Positions 8,485 through 18,248 of a DNA stretch of 64,000 nucleotides are shown piece by piece; the first letter of the stretch is position 1; every line of letters starts with the position of its first letter. The notes beneath the pieces are model-generated. The model was not told the DNA's origin. It saw nothing but the letters and a program-made list of their open reading frames with translations, and did no database searches. Origin of the DNA: Candidatus Omnitrophota bacterium (GTDB taxonomy: Bacteria; Omnitrophota; Gorgyraeia; Duberdicusellales; 4484-171); NCBI GenBank assembly GCA_016935525.1, contig JAFGQU010000012.1, forward strand, positions 1,248 through 65,247. Reading direction: 5' to 3'. The position numbers and the translations under genes were made by a program.

Positions 8485-11133
8485 ATGAATTTGATGAAAA
8501 AGTTCGCTTTTTCACTGGTTATTTTTATGTATAGCCTAGGATTTTATTCGCTTTTATACAGCCAACCTCCCGGAGCCCAGGAACTCTTTAGATTAGGAAA
8601 ACAATATCTTGAGGAAGGCGATAGAGAAGAAGCGGTACGTATGTTTGAAATGAGTCTTTCCGCAGACCCTTCTTATAAAGAACCGCAGGTGTATCTTGCC
8701 CGTATCCGTCGGGATGCTATCCACCAAAACTTAAATCGTTATGATAAAGGCCAGATGCGTGAGGAGTCCTCATCTTCCGGCGCGGTGCAAAGCATGTTAC
8801 AGAAACCACCGTATTCGACCGCGAAACCTGAATCTTCTTCCGGCGGAGTTATCTTTAAAGGCCAATATCAGATGGGCGCCGGGTTCACCAGCGATGACGG
8901 ATACTGGAAACGTTCGGATTATAATCTGAACGAAACGAATTACCGGATGTTAAGCGATGACGGTTTTAATCAAAGAGAGAATACCTATGATCCGGCGATC
9001 TTTTCTTTTCTGCGTTTTGATCTAGATTATCCGGCACCCGAGGAAGGATGGGGCGTGCATTCCAAATTCGATATCAGTCCCTGGAGTTTTATCGGAGAAT
9101 CCGATCGGGTTACCGTGACCAGCCTTTGGGGTGACCGCGCTGACGTTGAATTGAAATACTGGGCAAATACCGGATATACTTTTTCTCAGACGATGAAAAC
9201 TGAGATCTTCGGTAACGCTTTTAACCTTCCCGAACTGAAAGTTGAAGATGATAAAGTCGCAGCGACTCAGGTGGCCGCAAACTGGGGCGATGTGTTTACT
9301 ATTCCCGAATTAAAAATTCACCGGGATTTCTGGCCAGTACGTGAACTCAATATGTATTATGAAGGCGACGGCCACCATATCGAAATCTTTCCGGTCGCGC
9401 TGGAAGATAAAGCGTACACTTCCGATGATCCGATCGGCCTCTCCAACCATCGCACGTACTGGGAAGAATCGCAGTGGTTGACGTCCTGGGTACCCGGAAA
9501 CAATAATACCGGAGCCGGAGATTATTCTCCGGGCGAATGGGATGATTCTCTGGCTTTTTTAGTACGTGATGCCGGAAACGTCCGGTTGACGAATTTACGG
9601 GGGATGTCGTTGGGTATGGATTGGGATGACGCTGTGTTTGATTTCGTGATCGCTTCTCCCAAGACTCTCTGGCAGGATTACGATTCGTTCGATACGCTCA
9701 ATAGTTTCAGCCGCCTGAAAATATCCGCGGCAGATAATCTTACGGTCGGCGGCCTCTACGGGATGAAGATGGGGTATAAAGAGAACGGTCTGGACGCGTT
9801 CAATCATGTCTGGGGAATAGACGCCAATTACGGAATGACTCCTGAGACGCAGCTCTTTTTTGAAGTCGCGACTTCCATTTCCGAATATGACCGTAAATCT
9901 ACTTTCGAACAGGAGAAAAAAGGCAGCTCTTACCATATTTCTCTGATACATTCTTCGGGAAACGAATTCGGTAAAAACTATTTCGAACTTAATCCTGAAA
10001 AGAATGAGCCGTTTTACCGGTCGCGGTTCTCGTTTACCCGTATGGATGGGGCATTCGAGAGCGCGCTTTCCAGTCACCGGTTTACCCGGGACGATACGTT
10101 CTGGGGGAGACATCTTACATTCCGGCAGCCTTACCGGCAGTTTTTTGCCGGGTTGTATGATTCGTCAATGGATTGGTATTATGTGGATCAGTTCCGTATC
10201 GGTGACGGTGTAGATTCGGGAAGAGATACGTTTAGTTTTCGTTATGAATCATTTAATCTTTTAGATGCTAAGTTGGACATGTTATTCGATATGCGTAACG
10301 TCCATACCACCGACGGAGCTTTTCTTGAAAACGTGAGCCGTTTGGAGACGACCTACCGGGCAACCGAGGACACTACCTTCAAAGCGTTAGGGCTGTACCA
10401 TAAATTGCCGCATACGGTTACCGGAGTGGATCCGGTCATGAAGACTTCGGATGATTTTTCTATTGCCAATAGCGAGATCGATGACGGCCAGGACCCTACC
10501 CTCAAGACGGTTTCGGTGGGAGGTGAACACTGGTTTACCGACTGGTGTGCGGCAAACGTTATCTGGGAACATACCAACGACGTGACGCTTGCGTATGATA
10601 ATTTTCCCCGCGGCCTCTTAAACGGCAGCGACACTTCATTGGTCCTGGGAAATTACCGGTATGACCGGACCTGGCTTTACAGCCAGCAAGATTTTCCCGA
10701 ACCGCCGTATCCTTATTTCGATATTTTTAAAGTCGGGTTTAAAGTGCAACCTTCGGATACGTTGAATATATATCTGGATTGGACCCGCAATGAATATGAA
10801 TGGGCTCAGATCATTGATGATAACATGAATCATGTGGGGCTGCAGGTCGAATATCTCCCGATGGATACACTGGGGATGTATTTTCGTTACGTATATTCCC
10901 GGATGAAAGATATCTCGGAACTGGTCGAAGACGGACGGATCGTCAAGCGCGACCACCATAATTTTGCCTGGGAAGCGCGGTATCGTCCCGAAAAAGACCG
11001 GGAATTTATTCTGCAGTACGGTGTGGGTAGAGGAGCGTACCTGGGGACCTCCACATCGACTCCGTTCGGAGGAGATGTGCCGGTATTGGATACGCAACAT
11101 ATTGTAAGACTGTATTATCAACAGGAGTTTTAA
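8485..11133 (+). CDS. Large outer-membrane-type protein (signal peptide, N-terminal TPR-like segment, beta-rich body, C-terminal Phe)
   Basis: Signal peptide; aromatic-rich alternating pattern and C-terminal ...YYQQEF typical of OM beta-barrels; no closer assignment possible. Confidence 0.45.
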   Translation: MNLMKKFAFSLVIFMYSLGFYSLLYSQPPGAQELFRLGKQYLEEGDREEAVRMFEMSLSADPSYKEPQVYLARIRRDAIHQNLNRYDKGQMREESSSSGAVQSMLQKPPYSTAKPESSSGGVIFKGQYQMGAGFTSDDGYWKRSDYNLNETNYRMLSDDGFNQRENTYDPAIFSFLRFDLDYPAPEEGWGVHSKFDISPWSFIGESDRVTVTSLWGDRADVELKYWANTGYTFSQTMKTEIFGNAFNLPELKVEDDKVAATQVAANWGDVFTIPELKIHRDFWPVRELNMYYEGDGHHIEIFPVALEDKAYTSDDPIGLSNHRTYWEESQWLTSWVPGNNNTGAGDYSPGEWDDSLAFLVRDAGNVRLTNLRGMSLGMDWDDAVFDFVIASPKTLWQDYDSFDTLNSFSRLKISAADNLTVGGLYGMKMGYKENGLDAFNHVWGIDANYGMTPETQLFFEVATSISEYDRKSTFEQEKKGSSYHISLIHSSGNEFGKNYFELNPEKNEPFYRSRFSFTRMDGAFESALSSHRFTRDDTFWGRHLTFRQPYRQFFAGLYDSSMDWYYVDQFRIGDGVDSGRDTFSFRYESFNLLDAKLDMLFDMRNVHTTDGAFLENVSRLETTYRATEDTTFKALGLYHKLPHTVTGVDPVMKTSDDFSIANSEIDDGQDPTLKTVSVGGEHWFTDWCAANVIWEHTNDVTLAYDNFPRGLLNGSDTSLVLGNYRYDRTWLYSQQDFPEPPYPYFDIFKVGFKVQPSDTLNIYLDWTRNEYEWAQIIDDNMNHVGLQVEYLPMDTLGMYFRYVYSRMKDISELVEDGRIVKRDHHNFAWEARYRPEKDREFILQYGVGRGAYLGTSTSTPFGGDVPVLDTQHIVRLYYQQEF

Positions 11134-11134
11134 G

Positions 11135-12112
11135 ATGAAGACGAATGAACGATACGCGATCGGGGTAGGGTTAAATCTTTTTGACGCGCAGGCCATTCTC
11201 ATGCGTGAAGACGGTAAAGAGATCACGAGTATCGAACGGCGGCGTAAATCGGTCGATGCGAATGAAACTCTTAATATCCTGCTTTCGTTATTTGACGATA
11301 TCCTCACGAAATCAGCACGGTATAAAGGAAAGATCGTGGGAGCGGGCGTAGCTCTCGGGGGGATCGTCGATCAGAAAAAAGGGGCGGTATACTGGCCGCA
11401 AAAGCAGGAAGCGTCATATGTGCGTATTTCTATCCCGTTTAAAAAATACCTTGAAGAAAAACTGAATTTGCCCATTTCCATGGTCAATGATACCAACGCC
11501 TGCGCCTGGGCGGAATATATCGTCAATTACCATAAATATAAGCATCTCCTTTATATGTTTTCCGGGTCCGGGTGCGGGTTTATCCTTAATGAGAAACTCT
11601 ATACCGGCCATGACGGAGGAGCCGGTGAGCTTCAGGTGACTCCTCACCGTGATATGGCTTCTATCCAGGGAGATTTCGGGTTTCTGGCGCCATGGGACCA
11701 GGATATGGGGATCATCCGGCGACTGAAGAATCTCATCTCTACCGGCCGGCGTACTTCGTTGATCAAAAGAATCAATGCGATAGGCGAACTTTCTCTGGAG
11801 GATGTGTTTCAGGAATCCAAAAAGGACAAACTCGCAAAGGAGGTGTTGGCCGAAGCTGCGTATGCTTTGGGAGTGAAGATATCTTTCTTGATCAATTTGC
11901 TTAACCCGGAAGTCGTGATCATCGGCGGCGGATTTGAAGAAGCCGGCGACCACTTTTTAGAAGAAGTGAATAAGACGACGAAGAAGTTTTCATTCAGTCT
12001 CCTGCGGCGCAATGTCAAGATGTATTACTCGACTTTGGGCCGGAAAGCCTCCGCAATCGGGGCGGCATACCGTGTCTTCGAAGAAAAATCTTTACACCAA
12101 GAGAATGAATGA
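11135..12112 (+). CDS. ROK family protein (sugar kinase / regulator)
   Basis: MVNDTNACAWAEY and MFSGSGCGFILNEKLYTGHDGGAGELQ match ROK signatures. Confidence 0.6.
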   Translation: MKTNERYAIGVGLNLFDAQAILMREDGKEITSIERRRKSVDANETLNILLSLFDDILTKSARYKGKIVGAGVALGGIVDQKKGAVYWPQKQEASYVRISIPFKKYLEEKLNLPISMVNDTNACAWAEYIVNYHKYKHLLYMFSGSGCGFILNEKLYTGHDGGAGELQVTPHRDMASIQGDFGFLAPWDQDMGIIRRLKNLISTGRRTSLIKRINAIGELSLEDVFQESKKDKLAKEVLAEAAYALGVKISFLINLLNPEVVIIGGGFEEAGDHFLEEVNKTTKKFSFSLLRRNVKMYYSTLGRKASAIGAAYRVFEEKSLHQENE

Positions 12113-12154
12113 TATAATTTATGTAAATAATTTATTTAACCAAGGAGGTGATTA

Positions 12155-13330
12155 ATGGGAAGGAATCTGCCGCTCATAATACTGCTTATACTTTTAATCG
12201 TAAGTGGTTTTATAGCGCTAAAATTTTATACCGATGCCCAACAACTCTACACCGAGAAACAGAACCTCGTCAATGAGAATACAGAGTTGCTCAATGAAAA
12301 TAGAAGCCTGAAAAAACATAAAGAACGTCTGGAAAAAGAAAGTAAAGAATTCGAACAACGCTGGAGAGAAGTGCTCCAGGAGTTGTCCGAAGCCGAAAGA
12401 AAATTAAAAGACGATGATGCTCGGTATCAACAGGTCAGGAAAGAGCGGGATATCCTGGAGAAGAAACTCAAGGAAGGCCCGAAAGTCGTCGTCACGGAGA
12501 AACCTCAGGCTAAACAGGAAGATAAAGCTCTCCCGGAGCATTGGGAATCAGTAGTCCGGGCCAAAGCCGAACTTGAAGCCCAACTGGAAGGGTTAAATAA
12601 AGAACTTCTTGATACCCGCGCAAAGATCGCGGAGTTAGATAAAAACAACAAAGAGCTCAGCATCAAGATCGACGAACTTACCAAAGTGAAAGAACGTCTG
12701 GAAAAAGATGCCGAGTTCAAAGAAAGAACTATGCAGATCATGAGTAAGGATCTTGTGAATGAGAGGGAAAAACGCCAGGCTTTGGATAAAGAAGTCGGGA
12801 AACTTCGTGACGATAACATCGGATTGAAACAGGAGATGATCCTTGCCAATAAGGAAAAATCACGACTTCAAAATAACCTGAAGAACGCGCTGGAGACCCG
12901 TCAAGATCTGGAACGGAAAGTCAGCGAAATAGAAAAAGTGCTGAAAGAAAAGTCGTTGTTATTCGAACAATTAAAAGATGAGCTTGTAGATACCTTGCAG
13001 GTCAGTGAGGATATCGCGGCATCTTCGTCGGTAACTCTTCCGCCGATCGTAGTAGAACAGAAGCCCCAGGTCAAGATGCAGCCTGATGTAGGCGCGGTCG
13101 CAACCGGTATCATGCAGGGGAATGTCCTTGCCGTGAACCAGAAAGAACGGTTTGTGATCATCGATCTCGGCGCCGATGCCGGAGTAAATACCGGAGATGT
13201 CTTTGAAGTGTATCGCGGTAACCGGTTTATCGGGTTGGTGGAAGTCATTGAGACCAGACGAGAAGTCTCTGCCGCCGATATCAAGAGCGGATCGGCGATT
13301 GTTGAGAACGATACGGTAATATCAAAATAA
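12155..13330 (+). CDS. Membrane-anchored coiled-coil protein with C-terminal beta domain
   Basis: N-terminal TM helix, ~280 aa of K/E-rich heptad coiled coil, C-terminal FVIIDLGADAGVNTGDVFEVYR domain. Confidence 0.4.
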   Translation: MGRNLPLIILLILLIVSGFIALKFYTDAQQLYTEKQNLVNENTELLNENRSLKKHKERLEKESKEFEQRWREVLQELSEAERKLKDDDARYQQVRKERDILEKKLKEGPKVVVTEKPQAKQEDKALPEHWESVVRAKAELEAQLEGLNKELLDTRAKIAELDKNNKELSIKIDELTKVKERLEKDAEFKERTMQIMSKDLVNEREKRQALDKEVGKLRDDNIGLKQEMILANKEKSRLQNNLKNALETRQDLERKVSEIEKVLKEKSLLFEQLKDELVDTLQVSEDIAASSSVTLPPIVVEQKPQVKMQPDVGAVATGIMQGNVLAVNQKERFVIIDLGADAGVNTGDVFEVYRGNRFIGLVEVIETRREVSAADIKSGSAIVENDTVISK

Positions 13331-13364
13331 AAAGAAATTTCTTTAACATAGAAATTAATTAGCT

Positions 13365-14360
13365 GTGGCCCCTGAGAAAATAACTATTAACGAAGTTGCC
13401 CGGGAAGCTGGAGTATCGATTGCTACAGTTTCCCGGTATCTTACCAGCCCGATCTCGATCAAAAAAGAAAACCGGTCAAGAGTTGAACAGGCGATTAAAT
13501 CATTGCACTATAAGCCTTATGTCTATGCCCGTAAACTTGCCGGCGGTAAACTGGGAGTGTTCGGGCTGGTTATCCCCGGGTATGAAGGAATATTCTACTC
13601 TTTTTATGCGTTAGAAATATTACGGGGGATGGGATTTGAATTAAAAAATATCAATAAAGATCTCTATCTGCACATCTATTGGGGAGAAGACCGGCTCAAT
13701 TCGTCGTTAGTCGACGGGATCATCTTTGCCGATGTGTTAGAGAACGAACGTCAGCTTAAACGGATCCTGAAAGAAAAAATACCTTGCGTGGTGATCAACA
13801 AAAAAACTGATGACCTTGAGGTAAGTTATGTCGCCATCGATAACTTCAAAGGAGCCTACCGGGCTACCGAACACCTGATCAAACAGGGCCACACTAAGAT
13901 TGCCCATATTGCCGGAGACCTGCGCGTTGAGTCCGCTCAGGAACGTTTGTCCGGGTACCGCAAAGCGCTCAGTGATCATAAACTCAACGTGCGCGATAAC
14001 TTTATGAAAGAAGCTCATTTTTCAAGACCGGAAGCCCGCCGGGTAGTTGAAGAGTTGTTTTCGCAAAGTGAGGTTCCTACGGCGATCTTTGCCGGAAGCG
14101 ACGATATGGCTTTAGAGGTATTCCATTTTGCTCAGAAAGAAAATATTAAGTTTCCCGAAGATCTGTCCTTGATCGGGTTTGACGATAATCCGTTGTGCAT
14201 GTATGAAAACCTGGAATTGACGACTGTCCGTCAACCGATCCGGGAGATGGTCTCTGTCGCTGTCGATATTTTGAAAAAAACAGTCGATAAAAAAGAAGGA
14301 ATAGTGAAAAAGATGCTCGAACCGGAACTGGTTATCCGCAAGAGCGTCAGCGCTGTATAG
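13365..14360 (+). CDS. LacI family transcriptional regulator
   Basis: N-terminal HTH INEVAREAGVSIATVSRYL plus periplasmic-binding-protein-like effector domain; GTG start. Confidence 0.8.
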   Translation: MAPEKITINEVAREAGVSIATVSRYLTSPISIKKENRSRVEQAIKSLHYKPYVYARKLAGGKLGVFGLVIPGYEGIFYSFYALEILRGMGFELKNINKDLYLHIYWGEDRLNSSLVDGIIFADVLENERQLKRILKEKIPCVVINKKTDDLEVSYVAIDNFKGAYRATEHLIKQGHTKIAHIAGDLRVESAQERLSGYRKALSDHKLNVRDNFMKEAHFSRPEARRVVEELFSQSEVPTAIFAGSDDMALEVFHFAQKENIKFPEDLSLIGFDDNPLCMYENLELTTVRQPIREMVSVAVDILKKTVDKKEGIVKKMLEPELVIRKSVSAV

Positions 14361-14556
14361 ATGCCTTTCACCAAAAGGGCAAGACCTGCTCTCTTGATGA
14401 ATATACTTATTCACATCGTTTGATGAATACGTTTCTTCTTCAATAGGTAAAAATGGGGAAAGAGATCCTACTGGATCAAGAGGGATTGTTTGAACAACGT
14501 AGCTATATTTTGTGGATAAGCTGTGGATGAGCACAACATATTGTATTTTCTCCTTG

Positions 14557-14585
14557 ACAGAGGAGTTTGGATTGATAAAATGAGT
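14557..14585 (+). promoter_or_regulatory. Candidate sigma-70 promoter for nrdJ (TTGACA-16-TAAAAT), giving a ~210-nt leader
   Basis: ttgacagaggagtttggattgataaaat read directly; prediction only. Confidence 0.3.
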
Positions 14586-14797
14586 TCTGCCGTATATTTC
14601 CTGTCACAATATTGTTTGATTCTGCCGCATACGTATCCTTTGGGTTTGGTAGAAAGGGGGGGAGGAAGCCAATCCATGGTGGTAATCAATGAAAGAGGCG
14701 GCTTTGGATGAACCACCACAATAGGAATAAAAACCTGTATTATTTACTCTGCGGCTTCACCGCGGAGTGTTTGTTTCAAAACTGAAGGAGCCGAATT

Positions 14798-17122
14798 ATG
14801 GATCAAAATCTTCAATTTTCCGCCAATTCTCTGACCGTCCTCAAAAAACGTTACCTTAAAAAAGATGCAAGCGGCGAAGTCTGTGAATCTCCTAAACAGA
14901 TGTTGGAAAGAGTTGCCGGAGCTATCGCCGGAATCGAACGGCGTTACGGAGCTTCCCGTAGCGTAGTACAGGAAGTGGAAGACGCTTTTTTTAATATGAT
15001 GGCAGAACTTAAGTTCATGCCTAATTCTCCTACACTGATGAATGCCGGAAAAGATCTGGGCCAGCTTTCGGCATGTTTTGTCGTTCCGGTCGAAGATTCC
15101 ATGGAATCTATTTTCGATGCGATAAAAGCTACCGCGCTTATTCATAAGACCGGCGGAGGTACGGGATTTAGTTTTTCTCAATTACGTCCTAAACGAAGTA
15201 TGGTCAAATCGACCGGAGGTGTCGCCTCAGGGCCGGTTTCGTTTATGAAAGTGTTTGACGCGGCGACTCAAGCCGTGAAACAGGGCGGGACCCGCCGGGG
15301 AGCGAACATGGGGATATTACGGGTCGATCATCCCGACATCAAAGAGTTCATTACCTGTAAAGAGAAGGAAGGAGATATTTCTAATTTTAATATTTCGGTC
15401 GCAGTCACCGATGAGTTTATGGAAAAGGTAGCCCGTAACGAATCCTATTCATTGGTCGACCCGCGTACGCACGAGGTAGTCGAAGAAATATCGGCTCAGG
15501 AAGTTTTTGATATGATCACTCAAGGCGCCTGGAAAAACGGCGAACCGGGAGTCGTCTTTATCGATAAGATAAATAGCGGGAATCCTACCTCTCATTTAGG
15601 GGCGATCGAGAGTACCAACCCTTGCGGCGAACAGCCTTTGTTACCGTTTGAATCGTGTAATTTAGGTTCGATAAACCTGGCTAAGATGCTGAAGGTCAAC
15701 GCTCAGGGGAAATATGAAGTCGATTGGGAAGAGCTGGGAAGGGTGACTCATCTGGTCACACGGTTTTTAGATAACGTCATCGATGCCAACAAATTCCCTT
15801 TACCCCAGATCAAGGAGAATACCACCCGTACCCGTAAAATAGGGTTAGGGATCATGGGCTGGGCGACGATGCTGGGATTTTTAGAGGTCCCTTACGAAAG
15901 TGAGGATGCCTTGAAACTGGCAAAAGAGTTGATGAATTTTATTCATACCCAGTCTAAAGAAGAGTCTATTTCTCTTGCCCGGGACCGGGGAGTATTTCCG
16001 TCCTGGCGGGGAAGTGTATGGGAAGAACAGGGAATAAAGATAAGGAACGCGACCCTTACGACGATCGCTCCTACCGGTTCGATAAGTATTATCGGAGGCC
16101 CGACGTCTACCGGTATCGAACCATTTTTCTCGCTGGTCTACTACCGTAATATTTTAGACGGAGAGAGGCTGTTGGAGGTCGAACCCAGTTTCGAATATGT
16201 CGCAAAAAAACGCGGTTTCTATTCGGAAGAATTAATGAAAAAAATCGCCTCCGGTGAAAGTATCCAGAAGATGCCGGAAATCCCGGATGATATCAAATTG
16301 ATGTTCAAAACGGCGCTGGAAATATCGCCGCTGATGCATGTGAAGATGCAGGCGGCTTTTCAGGAAGGGACGGATAACGCGGTATCAAAAACGATCAATC
16401 TGCCTAATAGCGCGACATTGAACGATGTAAAAGAGGCTTTGATTTATTCATATAAGCTGGGTTGTAAAGGGATGACGCTTTACCGTGACGGGTCACGCAG
16501 TGTCCAGGTGTTGACGGTAGGCAATGAAAAGAAGACTCAGCAGGAACAGGCTCTCAGTGAAGATTCTTCGCTCCGGATGGCGGTTGTCCATCCCAAACCC
16601 CGGCCGGAAATGATCATGGGGACTACGACTAAGATCACTACCGGGTGCGGTAATCTCTATATCACCGTCAATCAGGATCCTGACGGAGAGTTTTTTGAAG
16701 TGTTCACTCAGATGGGAAAAGCCGGAGGATGCGCGGCATCACAGCTGGAAGCGGTGGGGAGATTGATATCACTGGCGTTGCGCGGCGGAGTGGACCTTAA
16801 AGTCGTGGTCGAACAGTTGAAAGGTATCCGTTGTCCTTCTCCTAACTGGATGAACGGGAAAAAGATATTTTCCTGTGCCGATGCGATCGCGAGAGTCCTG
16901 GAAAAACGGGCCGCCGATCAAAAACAGCTGGTCAATATCAAGGTCTCTCAGGCCGAAGAAGAATTGGCGCTTAAGGTCACATCTGCTGCGCAGACGACCG
17001 TCAAAGTGAAAAAGGTCAGCCGGCTCAAGAATGTGGTAGGAGTATGCCCTGATTGCGGTTCGGCCTTGCGGCATCAGGAAGGCTGCCTGCTCTGTGACGC
17101 CTGCGGGTATAGTAAATGTTAA
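14798..17122 (+). CDS. nrdJ: Adenosylcobalamin-dependent (class II) ribonucleoside-diphosphate/triphosphate reductase with C-terminal Zn-ribbon
   Basis: Class II RNR motifs (NPCGEQPL, FESCNLGSINL, TIAPTGS); C-terminal CPDCG...CLLCDACG zinc ribbon. Confidence 0.9.
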   Translation: MDQNLQFSANSLTVLKKRYLKKDASGEVCESPKQMLERVAGAIAGIERRYGASRSVVQEVEDAFFNMMAELKFMPNSPTLMNAGKDLGQLSACFVVPVEDSMESIFDAIKATALIHKTGGGTGFSFSQLRPKRSMVKSTGGVASGPVSFMKVFDAATQAVKQGGTRRGANMGILRVDHPDIKEFITCKEKEGDISNFNISVAVTDEFMEKVARNESYSLVDPRTHEVVEEISAQEVFDMITQGAWKNGEPGVVFIDKINSGNPTSHLGAIESTNPCGEQPLLPFESCNLGSINLAKMLKVNAQGKYEVDWEELGRVTHLVTRFLDNVIDANKFPLPQIKENTTRTRKIGLGIMGWATMLGFLEVPYESEDALKLAKELMNFIHTQSKEESISLARDRGVFPSWRGSVWEEQGIKIRNATLTTIAPTGSISIIGGPTSTGIEPFFSLVYYRNILDGERLLEVEPSFEYVAKKRGFYSEELMKKIASGESIQKMPEIPDDIKLMFKTALEISPLMHVKMQAAFQEGTDNAVSKTINLPNSATLNDVKEALIYSYKLGCKGMTLYRDGSRSVQVLTVGNEKKTQQEQALSEDSSLRMAVVHPKPRPEMIMGTTTKITTGCGNLYITVNQDPDGEFFEVFTQMGKAGGCAASQLEAVGRLISLALRGGVDLKVVVEQLKGIRCPSPNWMNGKKIFSCADAIARVLEKRAADQKQLVNIKVSQAEEELALKVTSAAQTTVKVKKVSRLKNVVGVCPDCGSALRHQEGCLLCDACGYSKC

Positions 17123-17127
17123 TTAGG

Positions 17128-17235
17128 TTCGACCCGTTCGCGCGTGCTCGCGTTCGCCCGTTCAAATAACGTTTAGAAGATAATATTGGATATTTGATGA
17201 AGAACGGGTAAAACGGGGTAACGGGAAAACGGAGG
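17128..17235. repeat. AACGGG word-repeat hairpin module (cccgttcgcgcgtgctcgcgttcgcccgttc ... gaacgggtaaaacggggtaacgggaaaacgg)
   Basis: Inverted CCCGTT/AACGGG word arrays; related modules at 35095-35135 and 55968-56060; all follow gene 3' ends. Confidence 0.65.
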
Positions 17236-17257
17236 TCCGATCTCACCATATATATCC

Positions 17258-17641
17258 ATGCATTGCCATAAGAAGAAGATTTATTATCATGATACCGATT
17301 GCGGGGGTGTGGTGTATTACGCCAATTACCTTAAATATCTGGAGGAAGCCCGTACCGAATTTTTCGCCGCGAACAAGATAGATCTGAAAGAATTATCAAA
17401 GCAGGGAACGTTATTTGTCGTATCTTCGGTTGAAATGTCTTACCGCTCACCGGCCCGCTACGGCGATGAGATAGGGGTATATACTTCGATCGAAAAGGCC
17501 CGCAGTGCCAGCCTGATGTTTTTTCAGGAGATAAAACGCGGTGACATGATCCTGGCTGAGTGTCGTACTCTGCTGGTCTGTGTAAACGGGCAGATGTCGC
17601 CTCAAATAATCCCATCGTCTCTAAAGGAGTCTCTGGCATAA
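17258..17641 (+). CDS. Acyl-CoA thioesterase, YbgC/4HBT (hotdog) family
   Basis: YHDTDCGGVVYYANYLKYLEEAR matches 4HBT thioesterase N-terminal motif. Confidence 0.75.
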   Translation: MHCHKKKIYYHDTDCGGVVYYANYLKYLEEARTEFFAANKIDLKELSKQGTLFVVSSVEMSYRSPARYGDEIGVYTSIEKARSASLMFFQEIKRGDMILAECRTLLVCVNGQMSPQIIPSSLKESLA

Positions 17642-17789
17642 TTTTTTAACCGGGAAAGGGGAGAGGAGTTTTACCCTTTGTGTAAGAGGGTTTTTGCTGC
17701 CGGCTTCCCCCTTGACTATTTTCCATTATTATAATATACTTAAGGTAGTTAATTATTAGGATAATGAATTATTAGGGAGGTTAATCAAT

Positions 17790-18248
17790 ATGGGAAAAGA
17801 CAAGAGATTGGAACGGTTTATCGAAGAAGTGTCCCGAATCATGCCTCAGGTCCTCCAGGGGATATTCCGGCGGCAAAGAGCCGACCTTTTGGCGAAAGGC
17901 GAGATCTCTATCCCCCAGTTTCTGCTTATGTTTCTCCTGTGCCGCAAGGGGTTTATGAAGATGAAAGATATCGCGCATGAATTGAACGTGAGCCTGCCGG
18001 CGACGACCGGCCTGGTAAACCGGCTGGTAAGGGACGGACGGGTAAAACGTATTCCCGATGAAAAAGACCGCCGGGTAGTATATATAGGTATTACATCAAG
18101 AGGGAAACAGGTGGTGAATACCGTGCGAAATCAGCGTAAAAAGCTGTTTACGGAAGTATTCAGCAATATATCCGAGAAAGAACGAGTTCAGTATCTTAAG
18201 GTGTTACGTAAAGTCGCAAAATATGTTCAGGTTCATGAAGAAAAATAA
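17790..18248 (+). CDS. MarR family transcriptional regulator
   Basis: Winged-helix MarR signature (MKDIAHELNVSLPATTGLVNRLVRDGRVKRIPDEKDRR). Confidence 0.8.
   Translation: MGKDKRLERFIEEVSRIMPQVLQGIFRRQRADLLAKGEISIPQFLLMFLLCRKGFMKMKDIAHELNVSLPATTGLVNRLVRDGRVKRIPDEKDRRVVYIGITSRGKQVVNTVRNQRKKLFTEVFSNISEKERVQYLKVLRKVAKYVQVHEEK

Noticed and set aside
14361-14797. Cobalamin riboswitch in the nrdJ leader
   Set aside because: No B12 box (GCCACTG / AGCCAGGAGACC) and no GGTG...AATCC...GCTGnCCCGCAACTG core could be found by eye. The G-rich aaagggggggaggaagccaatcc stretch only superficially resembles the conserved core.
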